From Octopus vulgaris (Eukaryota), in NCBI GenBank assembly GCA_951406725.2, contig OX597814.1, forward strand, positions 127,782,001 through 127,846,000: 64,000 nt of DNA. The letters run 5' to 3'. The notes beneath the pieces are model-generated. The model ran no database searches and had not been told where the DNA came from. It saw only the letters and a program-made list of their open reading frames with translations. Shown here piece after piece: positions 1 to 11,369 of this stretch; position 1 is the stretch's first letter; the number at the start of each line of letters is the position of its first letter. The translations under genes were made by a program, and so were the position numbers.

Positions 1-1607
1 ACTTAAAAACTGCAAGGTACAATTGTTGAAACCCCTTTACATGATATGGAGGGAATCTATGGAGAATGGCAAAATACCAAATACATATAAAGAAGCACAC
101 ATAACTCCAATACATAAAGGAGACAGCAAATCAAAACCAAAGAGCTACCAACCAATCTCACTGACATCACACATTATCAAGGTCTTCGAAAGAATAGTTC
201 GTGGAAAACTGGTTGAGTTCCTGGAATCCAACAATCTGATGAATTGCAACCAGCATGGATTCAGGTTAGGTAGATCATGTCTTTCCCAACTACTGGCACA
301 CCATGACCAAATCCTAGAAAATCTAGAGAATGGATACAACACAGATGTTATTTACCTCGACTTTGCCAAGGCATTTGACAAGGTAGATCATGGCATCCTG
401 GGTCACAAACTTCGAAAGCTAGGAGTAGGAGGAAAAGTTGGTACATGGATACATGAGTTCCTTACAAATAGAACTCAAACAGTCACTGTGAATGGAACCC
501 ATTCAACACCATCACCTGTGACCAGCAGTGTTCCTCAGGGTACAGTACTCGGCCCAATCCTGTTTCTCATCCTCATCTCTGACATAGATGAAGATACAAC
601 CAGCAACGTCTCATCCTTTGCTGATGACACCAGAGTCATGAGACAAACCAAAGACGAGGTGGATACAGAGGCCTTACAAAAGGACCTGACCACCATATAT
701 AAATGGCAGGAAACAAACAACATGTTGTTCAATGATAAGAAGTTTGAACTAATTCGCTATGGAACAGATCAAGATCTGAAAAATACAACAAACTACGGAA
801 ACCCATCAGGACAACAAATAATGGAAAAACAGTATGTGAAAGATTTAGGCATCCACATGGGAACCAGCCTAAAATTCAGAGAACACCTTGACTCAGTCTG
901 TCTTACTGCAAGAAAGTACAGCGGGTGGATCTTGCGCACCTTCAAATCAAGAGATACCTCAACAATGAAAACCCTCTGGAACAGTATGATACTTCCGATG
1001 ATTGACTACTGTTCTCAGTTGTGGTCACCAACAACAAAGGGCCAACTATCTAAGATGGAATCGCTCCAAAGAAATTTTACCTCATACTTCTCAGAAACGA
1101 GGGACCTGGACTATTGGCAAAGACTCAAAACCTTGAAGATGTACTCAATAGAAAGAAGATTTGAGCGATACCGAATTATATACATTTGGAAAATGATAGA
1201 GCAAAAGGTGCCAAACTTTGGTATCAAAACCTACCACTCACTGCACCACGGAAGACGCTGCCAGCTACCACCAATCAACAAAAAGACTGGCCAGGCAGCA
1301 AAAACCCTGCGAGAGTCAAGTCTGTTGGTTCGAGGAGCACAACTATTCAACTCCATTCCGGTACATGTCAGAAATCTATCAGGATGCAGTGTGGAATCAT
1401 TCAAATTGCAGCTGGATAGATACTTAAGCACCATTAGAGATGAACCCCATCTCCCAGGATATACATAACGAGCACAAACTGACTCAAACTCGCTCCTACA
1501 CATGTCAAAGTTAAACAGAGAATACAACCTGGCAACCACACCAGACTCTGAGGGTGGAGTCTTCGACTTTGCCTGAGCATGGACTCAAACTCAAATGAAA
1601 TGAAATG

Positions 1608-1610
<3 letters not shown>
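1..1610 (+). mobile_element. CR1/L2-group LINE, 3' portion (runs off the left edge), (GAAAT)n tail
   Basis: RT ORF followed by a short 3' region ending ctcaaatgaaatgaaatgaaat, then (TA)n. Confidence 0.9.
23..1468 (+). CDS. LINE ORF2 reverse transcriptase domain (5' partial)
   Basis: 481-aa ORF, frame open from base 2; motifs QHGFR, YLDFAKAFDKVDH, VPQGTVLGP, FADD, VKDLGI, DYCSQLWSP. Confidence 0.92.
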   Translation: MLKPLYMIWRESMENGKIPNTYKEAHITPIHKGDSKSKPKSYQPISLTSHIIKVFERIVRGKLVEFLESNNLMNCNQHGFRLGRSCLSQLLAHHDQILENLENGYNTDVIYLDFAKAFDKVDHGILGHKLRKLGVGGKVGTWIHEFLTNRTQTVTVNGTHSTPSPVTSSVPQGTVLGPILFLILISDIDEDTTSNVSSFADDTRVMRQTKDEVDTEALQKDLTTIYKWQETNNMLFNDKKFELIRYGTDQDLKNTTNYGNPSGQQIMEKQYVKDLGIHMGTSLKFREHLDSVCLTARKYSGWILRTFKSRDTSTMKTLWNSMILPMIDYCSQLWSPTTKGQLSKMESLQRNFTSYFSETRDLDYWQRLKTLKMYSIERRFERYRIIYIWKMIEQKVPNFGIKTYHSLHHGRRCQLPPINKKTGQAAKTLRESSLLVRGAQLFNSIPVHVRNLSGCSVESFKLQLDRYLSTIRDEPHLPGYT

Positions 1611-1652
<42 letters not shown>

Positions 1653-1657
<5 letters not shown>

Positions 1658-2155
1658 AATGGATCAGAAATGGAAATCGATCAATGGAAATTGCAGATGT
1701 GTTACCAGTGCCGGTGGCATGTCGAAACTCTACTTGTGAAGACCCGTTGAGGCAAGTGAGGATCAGAATGGAAATCGATCAATGGAAATTGCAGATGTGT
1801 TACCAGTGCCGGTAGCATGTAAGAGAACCTTCCGTTTCGCGACCGTTGCCAGCACCGCCCCGTTTCGTGTCCGTTGCCAGCCTCGCCTGGCCCTTGTGCC
1901 GGTGGCACATAAAAAGCACCATCCGTTCGTGGCCGTTTGCCAGCTCTATCTGGCACCTGTGCGGGTGGCACGTAAAAAGCACCCACTACACTCACGGAGT
2001 GGTTGGCGTTAGGAAGGGCATCCAGCCGTAGAAACACTGCAAGATTTGACTGGGCCTGATGAAGCCTTCTGGATTCACAGACCCCAGTAGAACCGTCCAA
2101 CCCATGCTAGCATGGAAAATGGACGCTAAACGACGATGATGATGATGATGATGAT
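1653..2155 (+). mobile_element. RTE-type 3' module / non-autonomous retroposon with (GAT)n tail
   Basis: gtgccggtggcac-taaaaagcacc units, ggcgttaggaagggcatccagcc, cccatgctagcatggaaa, (gat)n; same sequence ends the RTE ORF at 7981-10016; (TA)n on both sides. Confidence 0.85.
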
Positions 2156-2177
2156 ATATATATATATATATATATTA

Positions 2178-5125
2178 TCTGAATTTTATAGTATTCAATA
2201 GAAAAAAAACTACAGCAACTCAGGGAAACTAAACCAGAACAACCTGCCATCCTCTACACACCATCATAAACTGCAAGCAGAGTACAAATTGTTGTCCTTA
2301 AATGCTCGCAGTTTATGCAACAAAATACATTTGTTCAACTCCTACGTCAAAAGTATTGACCCTGACTTCATCACTGTCATGGAAACATGGGCACATTCCT
2401 TACTCTGTGATGGGGTTTTCAACATTACTGGGTACAACCTCTTCCGCAAGGACCGCACTAACCGCCGTGGTGGTGGTGTGATGGTCTACGTTCGTTCAAA
2501 TTTTTCGGTAATTCCTTGTGCTGATTTGAACGAATCACAAGAAGAAGTTTTTTTCTGTGACGTATGTATGACCATGTCAACACTCCTGCTTGGTGTTGTT
2601 TATCGTCCCCCAAATTACCATCAAGACACACAGCTTTGCGATATCCGAGCTGCTGCCAGGAAAACAGCTACTTATGTTTTTATTGCATATGATTTCAATC
2701 ATCCGGAGATCAATTGGGAAACCTTCCATTGGCCACAGAGTGCAAACGATTTTGTTGAGCTTGTACTGGACTCAAACTGGTCTCAAGTAGTCACCTCTCC
2801 AACAAGAGGCGACAACACCTTGGACCTGCTCTTCACCACAACTCCTGAAGCGGTTATCAATTGTACTACAGAGGAACCTCTAGGTGACTCTGATCATGCT
2901 ATGATCATCGCCAATCTGGCTCTTGCGGGCAACAACAAAAACCTGAACCATCTCCAATCTGCTTCCTTCGATTAGAAGAGAGCAGATTGGAACCTGTACC
3001 ACACTGAATTACAGCACCCAAACTGGCGTGAATTCTACAACTCTGGAGATGTGAATAATATACTGCAGAGTATCCTGGACTCAATACGGGCAGCATGTGC
3101 AGCATCAGTGCCACATAAACAGAAAAATAAGAACCACCCCAAAAGTGCAATTTGGGAAACTTCAGTGGTCCGACTTGCCAGGAAGGAACATCGGACTGCT
3201 GAACGGGAATACAAGTTGCATAAATCAGACACCAACAGGAAAAAGCGGAATAAATCTTCCAACCATCTCAAGCAACTGACAAAAAAAGCAGTGCTTGAAT
3301 TTGAACAGTGCATAGCAGCCAATCCTGACAGCAAGGTTTTCTGGAAATATGTGCATTCGAAGCAGAGACCTCACTCTCCAGTGGGCCCTCTTCGCAACCC
3401 TCACACAAACCAGATCACTGACGATCCCAAGGAATGCGCAGAACTCATTGCCGAGTGCTATGCAAACATATGCACTGTTGAAAATCAAAATGTACCATCT
3501 TCACCATCTCTAACAGCAAATTCCATAACAACTATGGAATTTACACCTGCAATGCTGCGGCGTCACCTTCAAAATAAGCGCAACTATGCTTCCCCTGGTC
3601 TTGATGGAGTTACATACCTGCTTCTCAAACATGGCAGGTACTTCCTTTTACCCCAGCTTTCTATTTTTTTCCAGTACTGTCTCAACAATGGTGCTACTCC
3701 GGAGCAGTGGAAAACTGCCAGTGTCATTCCTCTGTTCAAAAAGGGCAACCGCACATCACCTGTCAACTATCACCCAGTCAGTCTCACTAGCTGTATTGCA
3801 AAACTGATGGAATCATGTGTCAGAGAAACACTTTGGAACTTCTGGAGCTCTCACAGTCTCATCCGACCCTCACAATATGGATTTGTCCCTAACTCCTGCT
3901 GCAGTGATCAGCTTGTCGAGTTCCTTGAGGATATTACTCAGATCACTGACAGTGGCTCATGGGTGGATGTTGTCTACCTTGACTTTGCTAAGGCTTTCAA
4001 CTCTGTGCCACACAAAAGGCTTATGGTGAAACTCTCTGCAATGGGTGTGAGGGATGATCTTTTTAACTGGTTGAAATCCTTCATTCTCAGCCGAAAGGAG
4101 GTAGTCACAGTTCTAGGACAGCATTCTACACCATATGAGATGTCATCGGGTGTACCACAGGGATCTGTCCTTGGTCCCCTCTTGTTTGTGGCATACATTA
4201 ATGACATAGATGCCAATTTAAAGAATGCCACAGTATTGAAATATGCAGACGACATCAAGCTGTACCTTGAAATCAAGAGGATAGATCCTGTTGTCTACAG
4301 CTCTTTCCTGCAATCAGACCTGGACACAATGCAGCAATGGATCACAGACTGGCAACTGAAACTGGCTGTGGACAAGTGTACCACCAAGCATTTTGGGAGA
4401 AAAAACCCTGCGTCCACATACTCCCTCCACAACACTGATATCAAGAAATCCTCTTGCGAGCGTGACCTAGGCATCACTATCAGCAGTGATATGCGTTGGA
4501 CAAAGCATATCTCTAAAATTGTCAAGAAGGCCGAGGGTGTCTTGGCATCACTCAGCAAGACTTTTGTTAGACGCTCTCCAGCCATCTATTTAAAACTGTA
4601 TACAGCTATGGTACAACCACACTTGGAATTCACATCATCAGTTTGGAACCCCTATCTTGCTCAGAACATTGACCTCCTGGAATCTGTTCAGAGACGTGCA
4701 ACCAAACGCATACCCTCCATCAGACACCTACCATACTCTGAGCGCCTTGTTTCCTTGGGCATGGATTCACTGAAGCTCCGGCATCTGGCGATGGACTTAG
4801 TAAGCACCCACAAAGTTATCAACCACCTCACCAACAACAACACTGAACACCTTTTTGATCTCCATGTGCCTAACACACATGGACATGACTACAAAGTCAG
4901 AAAACAACACAGCTCCCATGACTTTCGGAAACATTTTTTCACGCTCAGAGTTGCTGAAGCATGGAACAAACTGCCTGCGTCAGTTGTTGACTGCCATGAC
5001 ACTGCATCCTTTAAGGCCCTCATGCTTTCTGAAATCCGCCGAAACTACACCTGATTATACATACACTTTAGATGAGTTGTAGTGCACCTGAGCACTGTAC
5101 ACAATGTTTTTATTATTATTATTAT
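2178..5125 (+). mobile_element. CR1-group LINE with near-complete ORF2 (APE endonuclease + RT), (ATT)n tail
   Basis: APE motifs LNARS, METW, RKDR..RRGGGV, VYRPP, DFN, LDL, SDH; RT motifs YLDFAKAF, GVPQGSVLGP, YADD, RDLGI; tail tattattattatt. Confidence 0.92.
2289..5054 (+). pseudogene. LINE ORF2 interrupted by one in-frame TAG (2973-2975)
   Basis: ORFs 2289-2975 and 3051-5054 share a frame; read-through gives SFD*KRADW. Confidence 0.85.
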
Positions 5126-7220
5126 TTTAAATATCCATCACGACTGATCTACCAATCAGTTTTGCACAAAGAATATGATGAAGTGTTGGTTAACAATCTG
5201 ATTATATAACTTTACACTCATCAGAGATAGCCAATATGGAAGGGAATATGGTGACTGCTCTCTATTGTCAGAAATGGATTAGCACAACCAGTCAGCGGCT
5301 GGTGTGAAAAAAGTGGTGAAACAAAAAAGGGTTCAGGGGATTGGGTTAGGAGTTATGTCCCTTGGTTGGGTTGGCTGTGAAGCTGGCAAGGTTATCTTGT
5401 AGTGGGGTAAGTGCGTATTATTATTGTGGTGTCCCTGCAGGGCCGGGGGGGGGGGTATGTGTAGCAGTGTCATATGTATAATTTTTTCCAGGGGTTGTAA
5501 ATATATATAGCTGTATCCATTGGTCTATTTTGTTTCTGTAAAGGATAAAGTCATAGGGAGGGGGGGGGGTTATATTAGTGTGTGGTGTGTAATGTGTGTA
5601 TGTGGGGGCACAATTTGCGTGAGTGGGTATGTGTTGGGATGGGGTGGGGGATAGTTATTTGTGGGGTATCTGCCTTATAGGGATGTGCGTGTGTGTACAT
5701 GGGTGTATTGGTACATGCTTTGGTTAAACTCTTTTTGCCAGGCACAAGTGCATTGGTGGAAGATCAAGGCAGGGGACCTGTGGTAGCAGTCATGGTGGGG
5801 TGCACAGGTACGATAGAATGTACTTCCTTTCATGTGGGCAAGGATTAACCACCTCACTTCTGCCATTTAGGTAAACATCCAGGCGTTGGGTACCTTTTAA
5901 AACCACTCTCTTCTCAGCTAGGCATAATCTGTACTTCCTGCTACTGTTGAAGTATGGTTTGCATCTTTCTAGGATCTTCCACATTATACTCCATGGTGCT
6001 TTCTTTCAAAGCCCAGACATGCTTGGCTAGGGTTGTATTGTTATGTCTCTCTGGGATGTTGAATGAGGACTTGTGGTTATCAAAGTGGGTTTTGAAGGGG
6101 CCTTCTGTTGCCCCCACATATTTCTGCATGCTCAGTTGTCCATTGAGTTCTGTTGCTGTTACTTCTGCCTCGTAAATAACTGTTTCTGTGTTGCAGTGGC
6201 TGATCAGTGGACAGTTTGTGTTACTCCTGCATGAGCATCCTGCCTCAGTCTCGGACGTGGGCTTACCTACTAAAATCTTTTTTACACTAGGTGTACAGCT
6301 AAAGGATAATCTCAGGGTATGGCTATTAAATATTTTGTTGAATCTTTTGGTACAAGGAAAGTGCATATCAACTAAACTAAGAAAAGTCTTACCTTTTCTG
6401 GTCCTAACATTTAAAGAGAATGGTAGTGTAAACCACAGTACTTTCCAATGACACTTTCTCTTGGTGAGGCTAGGGTCTGGCATGTAACTAATGCCATCCT
6501 TGAAACTGCTGGCAGCCAGGACCCAGTTGCAGTATGGGGCAGCAGCATCAAAGATCTTTTTGCTTTGAAGACAAGCTGGAGATTCTCCTGCTGATGCCCT
6601 TAACCAGGTTCCTGAACACTATGGCTGGATGGCAGGAACCTGTGTTAATGTAAGACAACTTCTCGTTTGGTTTCCTAAAGGGCCTAAAGGTACCTGATGC
6701 CAGGTCCAGGGCCATGTCAAATAAGTCTACCATTTTCAAGTTGGTCTCTATAGTGACCTTCAGTCCGAAGGAGTTCATGGTGTGAGGTCCTTTCTGAGTA
6801 TATCTAGCAAGTGGCCATTAGCCTCTCTTGATATTGCCAGCACATCATCCCTGTAGAGGCCAAAGCTAATAGAAAGGAATTTATTTTTTAGTATATCTAT
6901 GATGAAGAGACTGGCTAGGTTACACACACCCACACTGTCAAAAGCACCCATTGCCATGTCGAAGAAGCCCTCTGGGTCAGTGTGTTTAGTCCAAGCAGTC
7001 CCCTTACTGAAGAGTAGGTACTTCTGACATGCATGATAAGGCATATGTCCTCATTGTTGACTTCAGTGTGGTCCTTGGTGAAGTTCAGTGCCTATAACAG
7101 GTGCTCCTTTGATATAAATGGGTAGAAGTCCACTATATCAAATTAGGTAAACCTATCTCTACCCCTACTGCTGTTGGCCTTAACCCATGTAATGACTTCG
7201 TTGGTGTTGCACTACAGGGC
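5126..7220 (-). mobile_element. Degenerate Penelope-like element (RT + GIY-YIG endonuclease)
   Basis: Fragments AMGAFDS..., FGLYRDD (RT), FRKPNEKLSYINTGSCHP, CSCRSNTNCPL, IYEA...YVGATEGPFKTHFDNHKSSF, CRLC-like YRLCLAEK; frameshifted. Confidence 0.88.
5135..5230 (-). ncRNA. Hammerhead ribozyme motif (type I, degenerate) at Penelope 3' end
   Basis: Minus strand: ctatct-CTGATGA-GTGTAAAG...CTTTGTGC-AAAAC-TGAT-tggtag-ATCA-GTC-gtgatgg; GAAA mutated to AAAA. Confidence 0.7.
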
Positions 7221-7416
7221 GAGGTCAGAAGCTGAATTACTACAAGAACGAAAAAAGAAATTATTGTTGAAACACTACCAGAATAAGAGAAAAGATTTCA
7301 GGTATGGAAGCAAGGTCTAAAATCAAAGGACCTTAGAGTTAATTTAGCAAAGACCAAAGTATTGGTGAGTAGGAAGACAACAAAAAGAAGTACTCGATCT
7401 GGTGAGAGATAATTAG

Positions 7417-7622
7417 TATTTATTTAAAGGTAACACTACATGTATTAAAGCGCTACTAATAGTTTCATATGTTGAGAGAATTCAAACATATTTTTCAGGT
7501 GCAAACCACATATCATAACAAACTAAAGAAATTGGTTTGCGCCTGAAGAATGTATTTGAGGTTTCACCATATAAAACTATTACTGGCACTTTAATACATG
7601 TATTGTGACCTTTAAATAAATA
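7417..7622. repeat. ~90-bp inverted repeat, each arm a degenerate hammerhead motif (Penelope-type terminal repeat)
   Basis: Arms 7417-7508 and 7533-7622; CTGAAGA/CTGAAAA...GAAAC-TATTA-GTA-GCGC; abuts (TA)n. Confidence 0.75.
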
Positions 7623-7980
7623 ATATATATATATATATATATATATTTAAGATATATTCCATTAAGAATGTATCAGAGTATAGTATAGAGCTCATTCACC
7701 CTTAGAATTACTGAATAGTCTAGATTTTGGCATTCGTCGTGTGTGAAAATAAAATTGACGAAGTGCAGCTGAATCCCATTATACAGGTAAACGGTTGTAT
7801 AATCAAATACCTGTATATATGAAGAACTATGTTGTGTTGAAACATTTGTTGTGATTAAAAAAATAACTGTCCAACTGTATTCCTTCTTGTTGACTCTAAC
7901 TTATTCAATTTATATATATATATATACACACACACATATGAATTTATGAATTAGTGTTGGAAGATTCCTGATATGTATAC

Positions 7981-10016
7981 ATCATCATAATCATCATCAT
8001 CATCATCATCATCATCGTCGTTTAACATCTGCTTTCCATGCTGGCATGGGTTGGATGGTTTGACTGAGGACTGGTGAACCAGAAGGCTGCACCAAGCTCA
8101 ATCTGATCTGGCAAAGTTTCTACAGCTGGATGCCCTTCCTAATGCCAACTACTCCGAGAGTGTAGTGGGTGCTTTTATGTGCCACTGGCATGAGAGACAG
8201 GCAGTTCTGGCAACGACCAAGCTTAAAAGGTGTTTTTCTATGTGCTACCTGCATGGGAGCCAGTCCGGTAGCACTGGCAACGACCATGCTTGAATGTTGT
8301 CTTTCATGTGCCGGTAAGCCAACACTGGCAATGATCATGTTCAAATGGTGCTTTTTATGTGCCACCAGCATGGGAGCCAATCTGTGGCCCTGGCAACAAT
8401 CACTTTCGGATGTGCTTTTAATGTTCCACTGGCACAAGTGCCAATCAGGTGGTACTGTCATTGGCAACATCAGCGATTTTGATTTTGATTTCACTTGCCT
8501 CGATAGGTCTTTGCAAGCAAAGTTTATTGTCCAATGAATGAGGGGTAATCATAAGTGGGCTGGTTACACCCACTGGCATAGGCCACGGGCTATGGTCTCA
8601 CTTGGCTTGTTGGGTCTTTGCAAGCACAGCATATTTCCAAAGGTCTTGGTCACTAGTCATAGCCTCGATAAGGCCCAATGTTCGAAGGTCATGCTTCACC
8701 ACCTCATCCCAGGTCTTCCTAGGTCTATCTCTTTCACAGGTTCCCTCTACTGCTAGGGTGTGACACTTTTCCACACAGCTATCCTCATTCATTCACAATA
8801 CATGACCATACCAGTGCAGTCATCTCTCTTGCACATTACATCTGATGCTTCTTAAATCCAACTTTTTTCTCAGGGCGCTTACAATCTATTGTGTACGCAC
8901 ACTGACATTACACATCCAGTCATCCAGTGGAGCATAATGGCTTCATTCCTTGTGAGCTTACGCATGTCCTCAGCAGTCACGGCCCATGTTTCACTGCCAT
9001 GTAGCATAGCTGTTCATACACAAGCGTCATACAGTCTACATTTTACTCTGAGCGAGAGGCCCTTTGTCACCAGTAGAGGTAAGAGCTCTTTGAACTTAGC
9101 CCAGGTTATTCTTATTCTTGCAGCTACACCTTTAGCGCACCCTCCCCTGCTACTGACTTGGTCACCGAAGTAACAGAAGCTATCAACTACTTCTAGTTTT
9201 CCCCCCTGAAATGTGGTGGAAGTTGTTCTCTGCACATTTTCAGTGTTTATTGCTCCTGAGCATCTGCCACATACAAAAACTATGTTCCCAGTTAGCCTTC
9301 CTTTGATATTGCTGCACCTCTTATGTGTCCATAGCTTGCACTGGATACATCTTATAGAGTTTCTACCTATGCTTTTTCTACAGATCGAGCAGGGCCATCT
9401 ACCTGAAGGGATTTGTGGTTTGTCTGCCTTCCTACTTATTAGGACTTTGGTTTTAGCTAGGTTGACTCTAAGGCCCTTCGACTCTAAACCTTGTTTCCAC
9501 ATCTGAAGCTTCTCCTCTAGTTCTAATAGTGACTCAGTAATTACAGGCAGGTCATCAGCATAGAGGAGCTCCCAGGGGCACCCTGTCTTGAATTCCTCTG
9601 TTATTGCCAGGAGGACTATGATAAATAGTAGGAGGCTGAGGACTGAACCTTGGTTGACCCCTACCTTTACCCAGAATTCTTCACTGTACTCGTTGCCAAC
9701 CCTCATTATCACCTTACTGACAGCATCCCTGTACATGGCTTGCACAGCTCTCACTAACCATTCATCTATCTCTAGTTTCCTCATTGACCACCTGATAAGG
9801 GATCGAGGGACCCTATCAAAGGCTTTTTCCATGTCAACGAAAGCCAAGTACAGAGGTTTATCTTTTGCTAGGTATTTCTCCTGCAGCTGTCTTACCAAGA
9901 AATATAGCATCATTGGTGTTTTTCCCTGGCATGAACCCAAACTGCATCCCATTTAAACTGACTCTCTCCCTAATTAGTTGGGCTATGACCCTCTCTGTGA
10001 CCTTCATTACCTGATC
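7981..10016 (-). mobile_element. 5'-truncated RTE-clade LINE with long structured 3' UTR and (GAT)n tail
   Basis: ORF 9014-9952: FVDMEKAFDRVPR, GVNQGSVLS, LLYADD, VNLAKTK, Cys-rich insert; downstream RPRKTW motif; QFGFMPG in adjacent frame. Confidence 0.9.
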
Positions 10017-10055
10017 CAATACATACATACATACATACATACATACATACATACA

Positions 10056-10131
<76 letters not shown>

Positions 10132-10136
10132 TATAT
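10017..10136. repeat. (TACA)n/(TA)n microsatellite
   Basis: Direct reading. Confidence 0.95.
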
Positions 10137-10231
10137 TTAATCATATCAAAGGGAAATGGAAATTAATTAAAATTTACATTTCCAGTGGTCTAACGTGTAA
10201 AAAATTTAGTCAAAAAGACTATATAGTAGTC

Positions 10232-10455
10232 ATACGATATAGTGTATATTTAAACGCATAAGGAATCCACTTATGGGAATTCAATACACTAGAAAGAACA
10301 GCTAGGTTCTATAACCACAAAAATTAGGGATAAAATTCAACAGGAACGAATTGGAAAATGAAAAACATTTTTGTGGTTATAGAACCTAGCTGTTCTTTCT
10401 AGCGTGTTGAATTCCTATAAGTGGATTCCTTATGTGTTTAAATATACACTATATC

Positions 10456-10459
<4 letters not shown>
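10232..10459. repeat. ~93-bp inverted repeat with ~42-bp spacer abutting (TA)n
   Basis: atacgatatagtgtatatttaaac...ataaccacaaaaat versus atttttgtggttat...tttaaatatacactatatcgtat. Confidence 0.85.
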
Positions 10460-10500
<41 letters not shown>

Positions 10501-11369
10501 TATACATACATACATACATTCATACATATATACACACTTACTTTTCAGTGAAGGTAAGATCAACAAAAATGTACCCCATCCGTTGAGAGATAAATATTAT
10601 TTAACGTACACAGTATATAATTATGAGTTAGTAATAGTTTCGCACATTGAAGAAATCATCTAGGCAGGTTTCAAAACACCCTAGTGTCTTCAAGTAGTCT
10701 ACAGGCTCTGGGCACATGGACTATACAGGTTACTAATCAGTACATTAGAACAAGAGAAATCATGAAGAAAAATGAAATAAAGCTGGGTTGACATGCACGT
10801 CAGGCTTCTTTCGGTTTCCATCCACCAAATTCACTGACAAAGCTGTAATCAACCTGGAGTTGAAGACTTATCCAAGGAACAATGCAGGGAGAATTAACCT
10901 AGAGTCATGTAGTTCAGAAGTAAGCTGCTTAACCATGCCCATGCCTATGTGACACTGATATGACCAAAATAATCTGGGTCATGTCTGTTTATATTGACAT
11001 TTTTCAATCTACAAAGATATACTTAATAATGAACTTATTGTAATTCAGGTGCGCTACAACTCATCAAAAATGCATTGACAATTCCCAGAAAAAACAGAAA
11101 ATTGAACAGTAAATGAGTCATAAAAAAAAGAAGAAAATTGCTGTTTGTATATCTAGTATGTAGGTGACATACATATATATTTACACCATTTGCAAATCTA
11201 CTACGTAAGTCAAATCCACCAATCACCTCCTTTTTACCCCTTCTCTCTTCTGTACTGTTCTCCATCATTAACACTTCAATTATTTGCTATCACCTTTAAT
11301 GCCCTCTCATATCTACTGCAAACCCTACGGTAAGCCTCTTTTAGGCTTCTCTCCATCATTTGCTACGAT

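Noticed and set aside
145-5082. Many short overlapping or antisense ORFs
   Set aside because: Shadow frames of the LINE ORF2 sequences.
9200-9410. Cys/His zinc-finger-like segment as a captured host PHD domain unique to this copy
   Set aside because: The same segment is in the other RTE relics (~23170-23310, ~35090-35230), so it is a family feature rather than a local capture.
9858-10586. ORFs rich in YI/HT/VC repeats (also 17586, 20036, 31655-32189, 47071, 52307-52632, 53150)
   Set aside because: Translations of (TA)n, (CA)n and (TACA)n microsatellites.
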